A stretch of 64,000 nucleotides of DNA. Origin: a virus. The translations under genes and the position numbers were made by a program. The notes beneath the pieces were generated by a model, which saw only the letters and a list, made by a program, of their open reading frames with translations, was not told the origin of the DNA and ran no database searches. Positions 39,864-48,259 of this stretch are shown here, piece after piece (the stretch's first letter is position 1; each line of letters starts with the position of its first letter). The DNA lies in the IMG/VR virus record IMGVR_UViG_3300017917_003446, positions 32,001 to 96,000 of that record; one strand, written 5' to 3'.

Positions 39864-39876
39864 TTTACTATATAAT
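39847..39876 (+). promoter_or_regulatory. Sigma70-like promoter for the deazaguanine cluster
   Basis: TTGATC-18 nt-TATAAT just upstream of queE. Confidence 0.5.
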
Positions 39877-39901
39877 ATAAGATTATTTACTGGAATATGT
39901 T

Positions 39902-40747
39902 ATGAGCAAAATTAAAATATCGGAGTTATTTTATTCTATTCAAGGTGAAGGCCGATTCATGGGTGTGCCTTCAGTCTTTTTAAGGACATTTGGCTGTAAC
40001 TTTACTTGTGACGGTTTCGGTAAACCTAAAGGAGAAAAGAGTGACGAGCGAGACATCATTGCACAACACGCGGATCAGTACAAAAATTATAAATCTTTGC
40101 CTTTGGTTACTACAGGCTGTGATAGTTACGCTAGTTGGGATGTTAGGTTCAAGCATCTTAGCCCTGTTGTGTCTATTGATGTCATTGTTGATGCCATTCT
40201 ACATATGCTACCTCATGGCAAGTGGACAAGTGAGCATCTCGTTATTACAGGAGGCGAACCACTCCTTGGGTGGCAAAGAGCGTACCCTGATCTCCTCTCG
40301 CATCCCGATATGGTCAATCTTCAAGAGCTCACGTTCGAGACCAATGGAACACAAAAACTAGAAGCAAAATTTTCTGAATATCTTAAGACTCATTGGCGTA
40401 AAGGTTGGGATAAGCTTACTTTTAGTGTAAGTCCCAAGCTAAGTGTTAGTGGCGAAAAATGGGAAGATGCCATACAACCTGAAGTAATTGAACAGTATCA
40501 GGAACATGGATATGTCTATTTAAAGTTTGTAGTTGCAGATGAAAAAGATGTAGCAGAGGCAGCTATGGCGGTTGAATGTTATAGAGATAATGGATTTACA
40601 GGTCCAGTTTATCTAATGCCTATTGGTGGAGTAGAATCAGTTTATGCTATGAATAATAAAAATGTTGCATTGATGGCAATGAAGAAAGGCTGGCGTTATA
40701 GTGATAGACTTCAGGTGCCGTTATTTAAAAATGAGTGGGGAACTTAA
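39902..40747 (+). CDS. queE: 7-carboxy-7-deazaguanine synthase QueE (radical SAM)
   Basis: ELFYSIQGEG..G.PSVFLR.FGC, ITGGEPL, FETNGT, SVSPKL; adjacent to folE. Confidence 0.9.
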   Translation: MSKIKISELFYSIQGEGRFMGVPSVFLRTFGCNFTCDGFGKPKGEKSDERDIIAQHADQYKNYKSLPLVTTGCDSYASWDVRFKHLSPVVSIDVIVDAILHMLPHGKWTSEHLVITGGEPLLGWQRAYPDLLSHPDMVNLQELTFETNGTQKLEAKFSEYLKTHWRKGWDKLTFSVSPKLSVSGEKWEDAIQPEVIEQYQEHGYVYLKFVVADEKDVAEAAMAVECYRDNGFTGPVYLMPIGGVESVYAMNNKNVALMAMKKGWRYSDRLQVPLFKNEWGT

Positions 40748-41481
40748 TGAATAGTAAACTTGTAGAAGAAGCACCGTATCATCCTGGATATGAGGGTGCC
40801 GTTTTTGGGCGCCCAATGAGTCAAGTGATTCGTGAACGTATAAAGGAAGGACAGGCTAGATTTTTTGCCAATGATAATATTTCACCTTTTATTCATAATG
40901 AAGATGAGATTGAATTGCTTGTAGATGAAGTAGCAGATAAGTTTCAACAAGTTTTACATTCTTTGTGTATTGATACTCTTAACGATCATAATACACAGGA
41001 CACAGCACGTCGTGTGGCTAAAATGTTTATAAAAGAAACATTTAGGGGTCGCTATGCTAATCCGCCTAAAGTTACAGCATTTCCTAATGTAACAGAATAT
41101 GATGAATTATATGTGACAGGTCCTATTACTATAAGGAGTACTTGTGCCCATCATTTTCAAAACATTGTTGGTAAAGCATATATTGGCGTATTTCCGGGCA
41201 AGAATGTTATCGGCCTTAGTAAGTTTAATCGTATCACGGATTGGATCGCTTCTCGCCCGCAGATTCAAGAAGAAATGACTGTTCAAATTGCTGATGCTAT
41301 TCAGAAAGAAACCGAAGCAGAAGGTGTTGCAGTATTGATCCAAGCAGAACATCATTGTATGACGCATAGAGGTGTAAAGGAACATGAATCAGATATGACT
41401 ACATCTGTTATGCGAGGCGCATTCAGAGAACATCCTCATTTGAAACAAGAGTTTTTTAACATCATTCATAAAATGAAATGA
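40747..41481 (+). CDS. folE: GTP cyclohydrolase I
   Basis: T..RVAKM, STCAHHF, IGLSKF.R, RPQIQE, AEHHCM..RGV. Confidence 0.95.
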   Translation: MNSKLVEEAPYHPGYEGAVFGRPMSQVIRERIKEGQARFFANDNISPFIHNEDEIELLVDEVADKFQQVLHSLCIDTLNDHNTQDTARRVAKMFIKETFRGRYANPPKVTAFPNVTEYDELYVTGPITIRSTCAHHFQNIVGKAYIGVFPGKNVIGLSKFNRITDWIASRPQIQEEMTVQIADAIQKETEAEGVAVLIQAEHHCMTHRGVKEHESDMTTSVMRGAFREHPHLKQEFFNIIHKMK

Positions 41482-42851
41482 AACTATATAGCAAACGAAT
41501 AGCATTTTGTATTAGTGATCAACATCTTGTATCTCACGGTGGTATAGGTCAATTTGCCAAAGGATTTACTGAAATGGCAAATAGACTAGGTTGGAAAGTA
41601 GATATAATTATGGACAAGGCCCCAACAGGAGGTTTTAGTTCTGTTGTTGAGGGATTTGGAGCTACATTAGTCTATCCAACAACTTCAAATTCTTATTCGG
41701 AACATACTGGCACATTTGCATTTAATGATTCAGTAAATTTTGAGAAGATAATAAATTTTAGACGAGCATTAATGTATGCTATGTCTATGAATCTTTATGA
41801 TATGATTGTGTGCAATTCTATGGAGTCTATGCCCGCAGCATTCTCTCTTGATCTCGGTAGAAATATCCCTGTGGTATTTTATACACATGAAGAGTCTATG
41901 GTCTTTAGAGATACTAGAAAATTTAAAGGCGTATTTACAGAAAGTTGTAATGAATTTTTTAATAGATTAATGACGGTAGAACATGCTTTCGTTGGCACAC
42001 AATCGCAAAGAAATGTTGATGAATTAAAGTCGAATGGTAGTAACAATGCAACTTTGCTTCCAATGCCTATGTCAGAGCGAGATCTACTTACTCCTAACTA
42101 TGAAGAAAGAACAGGTGTATTATACATAGGTAGATGGGAAGATAGAAAAAATCCAGAAGCATTTTTAGATGTAATAAAGAAGACTGGATTGCCTGCAAAA
42201 ATTATTACAAATAGTAACGGAAAAAAGAAATTTGAAATACGTCTTGCTGAATTAGGTATTACAGATTATGAATTAAAAGCCGGGATAGTAGGTAAGGAGA
42301 AAGTTGATTTTATAAAATCTGCAAGAGTGCACTTTAATCCTTCACTAAGAGAAAATTATCCATTTACATTCTTTGAATGTATGGGGCATATGCCAAGTAT
42401 CGTTATAGATAAATCTGAATGGGTAACTAATTTCGATAAGAAATATTATGCTAGAATTAAAACAGAAGAAGTACCTGCATTCATTAAAAAGATATATGAA
42501 AATATGAATCCTAAAGAATGGTATGATACTGGCGCTTTAGAATACGTAAAACAGTTAGATGAGAACACTGCAGATAAATGGGTAAACTTTTTGGACTCAT
42601 ACTCGCCTTCATCTATATCTAAATCTGATTCGGCAAAAATTAATACATATGATACAGTTAAATATTTGGATTTCATAAAAGAATTAAATAGAAAGTCTTT
42701 GGCTATCGAAGACATTAAAAGTGTATTGACAAATAAGCATAAGTATAATATAATCTATACTGATGACAACACCTATCTATCAAAAGACAAACACTTTGTC
42801 CCCAACGAAAAGACTAGTAATAGTGCTAGTCTAGAGGATTTATTTGCATGA
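41478..42851 (+). CDS. GT-B (GT4-like) glycosyltransferase with C-terminal SLEDLFA motif
   Basis: HGGIGQF, VLYIGRWEDRKNP, NPSLRENYPFTFFE (ExxxxxxxE-type GT4 motif). Confidence 0.8.
   Translation: MKLYSKRIAFCISDQHLVSHGGIGQFAKGFTEMANRLGWKVDIIMDKAPTGGFSSVVEGFGATLVYPTTSNSYSEHTGTFAFNDSVNFEKIINFRRALMYAMSMNLYDMIVCNSMESMPAAFSLDLGRNIPVVFYTHEESMVFRDTRKFKGVFTESCNEFFNRLMTVEHAFVGTQSQRNVDELKSNGSNNATLLPMPMSERDLLTPNYEERTGVLYIGRWEDRKNPEAFLDVIKKTGLPAKIITNSNGKKKFEIRLAELGITDYELKAGIVGKEKVDFIKSARVHFNPSLRENYPFTFFECMGHMPSIVIDKSEWVTNFDKKYYARIKTEEVPAFIKKIYENMNPKEWYDTGALEYVKQLDENTADKWVNFLDSYSPSSISKSDSAKINTYDTVKYLDFIKELNRKSLAIEDIKSVLTNKHKYNIIYTDDNTYLSKDKHFVPNEKTSNSASLEDLFA
42726..42754 (+). promoter_or_regulatory. Consensus sigma70 promoter embedded in the GT gene, upstream of dpdA
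   Basis: TTGACA (42726)-17 nt-TATAAT (42749). Confidence 0.7.
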
Positions 42852-44131
42852 AGATTTTCGAATATGTGATTTCCGGTCCTGCGTATCTGCGCCTTGGTGC
42901 AGAACAATGTAACGACCCGGAAACACTTGACATGATTAATACTCTTATTTCAAAGACATGCCATAATCAAAATAATCATACCTTCTCACTTTTGTATAAC
43001 GGTTTTACAGAAAAGAACTTTGGTGCTAAACTACAAAAGTACAGACCTGCTATTAAACAGATTCACGCAGACTCAGGCGGTTTGCAGATTATAACTCGAG
43101 GATTACAAAATACTCCTGAGGTAAGAGATAAAGTATATACCAATCAAGGCACTTATGCAGATATAGGTATGGCTTTTGATGAGATTCCTGTTAAGGCTAC
43201 TCAGGATGGTAAATCATCTAAGATAGATACCAAGCGTAGATTCTTTGACAGAGAAAATTTTGATGCGTATGCTACTCAAACAGGCAAAAATGTTCGAGCA
43301 CAAATAGAAAAATTTGCAGAACTTAAATCTAATTGTAGACCATTTGTAATTATACATGGCGCATCCCATGATACATATCAACAATGGGCGGAGGCAATTT
43401 TAAGAGAAGTATCTGAACCATTACATGATAGAATCGGTGGTGTAGCTATGGGATCAGCTGCACTTGGTATGGGGCAGTTAGAAGATGTAAAAAGAGCATT
43501 CTATGTTACTCTAATGCCTTTTAGTAAACCATTTCATCTACACGTACTTGGTGTTGGTGCATTAAGACGTATGCTTCCTTATTTACTATTCAGTCAAACA
43601 GGTTTATATGATGGCATTGATATCTCTTATGATTCTACTACTCATTCTATGTCCTTGGATAATGGTCTCTTTTATTTCTCACACTATAAAAAGACTCCGG
43701 GCTCCGCGTATGGCGGTACGTCGGTTAAAATGGGACGAGAATACTCAAACATTTATAGAACAGTGACAGAAGAAATTAATAATGTTTGTGGTACTACTTA
43801 CGAGCCAGAAGAATATCACAAGTTAATGAACTATCAGGTAACTGCCTATTTAGAAAAAGGTGGTAAGTTCATAGATGTTATGAGAGCAAGATTAGCGTTT
43901 ATTCTAACTAATGTACATAACTTTACTAAAGATGTTTCAGAACTTACTCAATCTAAAGAACAATTCTTAAAATTTGCGAGAGACAAGGGTTGTGAAAATG
44001 AATATGCTACATTATTTGAAGTGAAAAATTTAACAGACTTTCTACATTGGGAAAAGCATGTGGGATGTCATATGGAATCAGAATCAGTTGCAGATAAACC
44101 ACCAGTATCGTTAGAGGATCTATTCGCATGA
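42848..44131 (+). CDS. dpdA: DpdA-like tRNA-guanine-transglycosylase-fold protein (7-deazaguanine DNA insertion)
   Basis: TGT-fold motifs ADSGGLQI, MAFDEIP, HLHVLGVG, SYDSTT; located within a folE/queD/queE cluster. Confidence 0.8.
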   Translation: MKIFEYVISGPAYLRLGAEQCNDPETLDMINTLISKTCHNQNNHTFSLLYNGFTEKNFGAKLQKYRPAIKQIHADSGGLQIITRGLQNTPEVRDKVYTNQGTYADIGMAFDEIPVKATQDGKSSKIDTKRRFFDRENFDAYATQTGKNVRAQIEKFAELKSNCRPFVIIHGASHDTYQQWAEAILREVSEPLHDRIGGVAMGSAALGMGQLEDVKRAFYVTLMPFSKPFHLHVLGVGALRRMLPYLLFSQTGLYDGIDISYDSTTHSMSLDNGLFYFSHYKKTPGSAYGGTSVKMGREYSNIYRTVTEEINNVCGTTYEPEEYHKLMNYQVTAYLEKGGKFIDVMRARLAFILTNVHNFTKDVSELTQSKEQFLKFARDKGCENEYATLFEVKNLTDFLHWEKHVGCHMESESVADKPPVSLEDLFA

Positions 44132-44511
44132 TTATTAAACAAGACGTCAGACCAAGAACAGAAACCTATATTAAAATTAGAACTGAATTTGAAGGATATC
44201 ATCGTTATCCTATTGCTAGTCAAATTGATCCTCGTATTGCCTTTCTTGAAAATGAACACAGGCATATGTTTAAGGTTGAGGTTAAAATCTCTGTATCACA
44301 TCTTGATAGAGAGCTAGAGTTCTTTTTAGTTAAATGGGCACTGCAAGATTTTATCAAAGGCGGCAATATGAATCATAAATCTTGTGAAATGATTGCTACA
44401 GATATTCTTGAACAACATCTTATTCCAAAGTATGGGCAAAGATTTTATGAGATTGTAGTATCAGAAGATGGTGAGTCTGACGGTATCGTAACATATTATC
44501 CGGGTGAGTAA
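44128..44511 (+). CDS. QueD paralog (T-fold), DpdL-like
   Basis: FEGYH..LENEHRHMF.VEV..RELEF..SCEMIA..VSEDGE. LxxxHRHxF replaces the QueD CxxxHG motif. Confidence 0.65.
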   Translation: MIIKQDVRPRTETYIKIRTEFEGYHRYPIASQIDPRIAFLENEHRHMFKVEVKISVSHLDRELEFFLVKWALQDFIKGGNMNHKSCEMIATDILEQHLIPKYGQRFYEIVVSEDGESDGIVTYYPGE

Positions 44512-45677
44512 TGGGCAAACTATATTATATGGGGCTGGAGCCTTACGAGGGCCGTTACACTTTGCAGTTACAGCATTGGAGTGAGGAAGTATTCAAGCGT
44601 AGAGGTATTGAATATGAGGTGATTCATGGTGAGTTACTTGATACTTCAAAGTCTATTGTTACGGGGCAAGTATTAGATGCCCATGGTCGCAGCTATTATT
44701 CTTTGACACAGATGGCAAAACTTGTAGCAAAAATGAAGGCGGGTGAAGTAACTTGGGAAGATACTATTTTCTTTGAGGATATGTTTACTCCTGGTATGGA
44801 AGCATTGCCTTACATCATGGATCAGACTACTCCAGAATTTTGCCCTAATGTGTGGGTAAGATGTTTGGCACAAACTATTGATCCTGACGACTTTCTTCAT
44901 GTGTGGCACATGGAAGAATGGATGAGTAAATATGAGCATATGGTCAATACATTTGTCAAAGGTGTTTTGGCATCTAATGAAGAAATGGTTGCTCATATGA
45001 AAATTGCAGGTTGGAATGTTCCTATTCATAATATTTCTGGTCTAGCATTTGGTAAAGAAGAAGTACAATCTAGAGTATCTGTTAGAAAAGACTTTCATAA
45101 TCGTAAAAGGCGTGTATGTTTTGCTGCTAGATTTGATCAGGAAAAGCAACCTAATTTCTTTATGGATATGATCGAAAGATTAAAACCATATCATGATATA
45201 GAGTTTTGTGTCCTATCAGGTGGACCTTTGCGTAGTAATGATGAATTGATACTTCAAAGGGCAAGAGAACTTAAACAAAAAGGTATGTTAACTATTCATG
45301 AGAACTTGAAGAAGAATGAGTATTATGAAATACTAGCAGATTCCCGAGTATTGTTTAATTGTGCTCTACAGGATTGGGTATCTAATACAGCATCAGAAGC
45401 AGACGCACTTGGTACTAATTGTTTATATCCTGCGTATCGTTCTTTTCCTGAGACTTTCGCAAATGATTCTGAGTGTTTGTATATTCCTTGGTCTTGTGAA
45501 GATGCTGACACTAAATTAATTAAATTGCTTAATAAGCCAAGGCAAAATTTAGGCAAATTATCTGATTGGACAAATGGCACTATTGATCGTTGCTTAGACA
45601 TAATGTATGATGAATCAGGTCAATGGTATAGAGGCGGCATAAGGTATCGTAATCATGTCACAGAATCTAAATACTAA
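44511..45677 (+). CDS. GT-B glycosyltransferase
   Basis: FAARFDQEKQP, LFNCALQD..SNT..EADALG..YP.YRSFPE. Confidence 0.7.
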   Translation: MGKLYYMGLEPYEGRYTLQLQHWSEEVFKRRGIEYEVIHGELLDTSKSIVTGQVLDAHGRSYYSLTQMAKLVAKMKAGEVTWEDTIFFEDMFTPGMEALPYIMDQTTPEFCPNVWVRCLAQTIDPDDFLHVWHMEEWMSKYEHMVNTFVKGVLASNEEMVAHMKIAGWNVPIHNISGLAFGKEEVQSRVSVRKDFHNRKRRVCFAARFDQEKQPNFFMDMIERLKPYHDIEFCVLSGGPLRSNDELILQRARELKQKGMLTIHENLKKNEYYEILADSRVLFNCALQDWVSNTASEADALGTNCLYPAYRSFPETFANDSECLYIPWSCEDADTKLIKLLNKPRQNLGKLSDWTNGTIDRCLDIMYDESGQWYRGGIRYRNHVTESKY

Positions 45678-46647
45678 AAATATTTTAGTAACAGGAGCCG
45701 CCGGTTACATTGGCGGTATAACTTGTATTGAATTAAAACGTAAAGGATATAATGTTTATGGTGTAGATAGAAGATATTTTGCACACTTAAATAAATTTTA
45801 CGATGAATTTTTACAGTGTGATTTTACTGATTATGAAACATATCTGTTAATTAAACGAGTAAAACCTGCAGCAATTATTCATTGTGCTGGTACAAGTTTA
45901 GTTGGTCCTAGCTTTAAATCTCCAGGTGTGTACTTTGATAATAATGTAGCCAGAACAAATCGCCTACTTAATTTTATTAAAGATGAATTACCGAATACCA
46001 AGTTTATTTTTAGTAGTAGTGCAGCAGTATATGGTAATTGGAATAAAGATGCATATAGAGAGTTTGATGACACTAAACCGGTGTCCCCTTACGGGCAAAC
46101 TAAATTAATGGCAGAAGAGATACTACATTGGTATCATAAAGCATATGGTTTAAAATATGTTGCACTAAGATATTTCAATGCGTGTGGCGCAGACCCTGAA
46201 GGTGAACACGGTCAAGAACCAGATGCTACACATATTTTTGCTAAATTATTCGATGCTGCATTGAACGATAAACCTTTCAATTTAAATGGTGCAAATTTTC
46301 CCACAAAGGATAATACCTGTATACGAGATTATGTGCATGTAACAGATATTGCAGATGCACATATAAAATGTATTGACACTGATACTCAAGGGATATATAA
46401 TTTAGGAAGTTACAAAGGAACTTCTAATCTTGACTGTTTAGAATATGTTGAAACTTTACTAAAAAAAGAGATTGTCGTAAATGTTCAACCTGCTCTTGAA
46501 GGAGACCCTGCTATTTTAGTGGCAGATCCTACTAAATTTACAGCAAAAACAGGATGGACTGCTTGGAGAACTATACCTATGGTAGTAAACAATTTAGAAA
46601 AATGGTATAATTCTAATATCTATAAAAATTATCTCAAGCGGCCTTAA
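45655..46647 (+). CDS. galE: UDP-glucose 4-epimerase
   Basis: LVTGAAGYIG, FSSSAAVYG, SPYGQTK (YxxxK), LRYFNACGAD, CIRDYVHVTDIADAH. Confidence 0.9.
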   Translation: MSQNLNTKNILVTGAAGYIGGITCIELKRKGYNVYGVDRRYFAHLNKFYDEFLQCDFTDYETYLLIKRVKPAAIIHCAGTSLVGPSFKSPGVYFDNNVARTNRLLNFIKDELPNTKFIFSSSAAVYGNWNKDAYREFDDTKPVSPYGQTKLMAEEILHWYHKAYGLKYVALRYFNACGADPEGEHGQEPDATHIFAKLFDAALNDKPFNLNGANFPTKDNTCIRDYVHVTDIADAHIKCIDTDTQGIYNLGSYKGTSNLDCLEYVETLLKKEIVVNVQPALEGDPAILVADPTKFTAKTGWTAWRTIPMVVNNLEKWYNSNIYKNYLKRP

Positions 46648-46680
46648 GACGCTCATCCCGCTCAATAAATTCTGCGTGTC
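46637..46680 (+). ncRNA. Putative H-type pseudoknot (preQ1-I riboswitch-like) in the queD leader
   Basis: Stem AGCGG/CCGCT, 16-nt loop ending CATC, A-rich 3' tail, and loop ACGC complementary to downstream GCGT. Confidence 0.5.
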
Positions 46681-46706
46681 ATCAAACTTACTCAACGAGG
46701 CAAGAG

Positions 46707-47216
46707 ATGGCTTTAATCAACCTATCAAGACCATACAAATACACTAGTACAAAAGAATACCATGATGCATTTCCGTGTGCATATAGACAATGGCGCGCCG
46801 ATAGTCATTGTAACTTAATACATGGTTATAGTTTTTCAATGAAGTTTTATTTTGGCACAGATCATTTAGATGTTCGTAATTGGGCGGCAGATTATGGTGG
46901 TCTAAAAGAACTAAAGAAAATACTTGAAGATCAGTTCGATCACACTTTGCTAGTAGCACAAGATGATCCAGAGCTTGAAACTTTTAAATTATTACAAGAA
47001 AAGAATCTAGCTAAACTAACTATTCTACCAAGACTAGGTTGTGAAGGTTTGGCAGATATGTTATACAAATATGTAAATGGTGTTTATATCCCAGATATGT
47101 GGGGTCCTGGTGAAGCAGAAAGACTTTGGTGTTATCGTGTAGAAGTTAGAGAGACGCAAAGTAATATGGCATTCAGAGAAGGGCACCGAGAATGGAACGA
47201 GGATTTGTTTAGCTAA
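46707..47216 (+). CDS. queD: 6-carboxy-5,6,7,8-tetrahydropterin synthase QueD
   Basis: CAYRQWRADSHCNLIHGYS, DYGGLK.LK..L..FDHT, GCE.LA, VEVRET..N.A. Confidence 0.88.
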   Translation: MALINLSRPYKYTSTKEYHDAFPCAYRQWRADSHCNLIHGYSFSMKFYFGTDHLDVRNWAADYGGLKELKKILEDQFDHTLLVAQDDPELETFKLLQEKNLAKLTILPRLGCEGLADMLYKYVNGVYIPDMWGPGEAERLWCYRVEVRETQSNMAFREGHREWNEDLFS

Positions 47217-48259
47217 TGAAAATATGTTTACTAGGCGATACACATTTTGGAGTCAGAAATGACTCCAAAATCTTTCATAAGTATTTTGAAAAATTCTATA
47301 GTAATATCTTTTTTCCTGCCTTAAAAGAACATGGTATAGAAATAATAGTTCAGCTAGGTGATCTATTCGATAGAAGAAAGTATATTAATTTTTTAACACT
47401 ATCTGAATCTAAAAGATACTTTTTTAACGAATTACGAAAACGAGAAATAGAATTACATGTTCTTATAGGCAATCATGATATATTCTGGAGAGAAAACTTA
47501 GGAGTAAATTCTCCTAATCTTTTACTTAATGAATATTCAAATATACTCATCTATGAGGAACCCACAACATTAAAAATAGGGCAAATGTCTATTGATATTA
47601 TACCTTGGATATGTAAAGATAATCAAGCTGAGATTTTAAAATTTATAGAAAACACTGAGTCTAATCATTGCTTGGGACATTTTGAGATATCAGGTTATGA
47701 AATGATGAAAGGTGTTGAAAGCCATGAAGGTATAGATAAAAATTTGCTAAAGAAATATAAGCATGTTTATAGTGGACATTTTCATACTGCATCATCTAAA
47801 GGTAATATTACTTATTTAGGTACGCCTTATGAACTTATGTGGTCCGATTGTAATGATCCAAGAGGATTTTATATACTTGATACAGTTACAGAAGAACTAG
47901 AATTTATTAAGAATCCATATACTATATTTACCAAGTATTATTACAATGAATACGAACATCAACCATTAGAAGAGGTTGAAGATAAATTTATCAAAATTAT
48001 AGTAGTGGATAAGAAAGACTATAACTTGTTTGATAATTTTGTAGAAAATCTTTATAAAAATAATCCATCAGAAGTTAAAATAATTGAGGACATGTCTGAG
48101 TTCGAAAGTTCTGCGGTTGACGATAATATTAATTTAGAAGATACTATGACACTATTGTCGGAGTATGTTGATGGTCTTGAAACAGATGCAGACAAATTAA
48201 GATTAAAAACTATTCTAAGAGAGCTTTATGTAGAAGCGCATGATTACGAGGAAACATGA
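47216..48259 (+). CDS. gp47: Recombination endonuclease gp47 (Mre11/SbcD-like)
   Basis: GDTHFG, LGDLFDRR, GNHD, GHFE, SGHFH. Confidence 0.95.
   Translation: MKICLLGDTHFGVRNDSKIFHKYFEKFYSNIFFPALKEHGIEIIVQLGDLFDRRKYINFLTLSESKRYFFNELRKREIELHVLIGNHDIFWRENLGVNSPNLLLNEYSNILIYEEPTTLKIGQMSIDIIPWICKDNQAEILKFIENTESNHCLGHFEISGYEMMKGVESHEGIDKNLLKKYKHVYSGHFHTASSKGNITYLGTPYELMWSDCNDPRGFYILDTVTEELEFIKNPYTIFTKYYYNEYEHQPLEEVEDKFIKIIVVDKKDYNLFDNFVENLYKNNPSEVKIIEDMSEFESSAVDDNINLEDTMTLLSEYVDGLETDADKLRLKTILRELYVEAHDYEET

Noticed and set aside
39990-40361. 123-aa +1-frame ORF inside queE
   Set aside because: TTG start, no RBS or motif, and its length is plausible by chance in this locally GC-richer stretch.
42848-44131. 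Interpretation as a tRNA-modifying Tgt for queuosine
   Set aside because: It lacks the C-terminal CxCxxC zinc site of bacterial Tgt, no queC/queF/queA or tRNA genes are in the window, and the context favours a DNA-acting DpdA.
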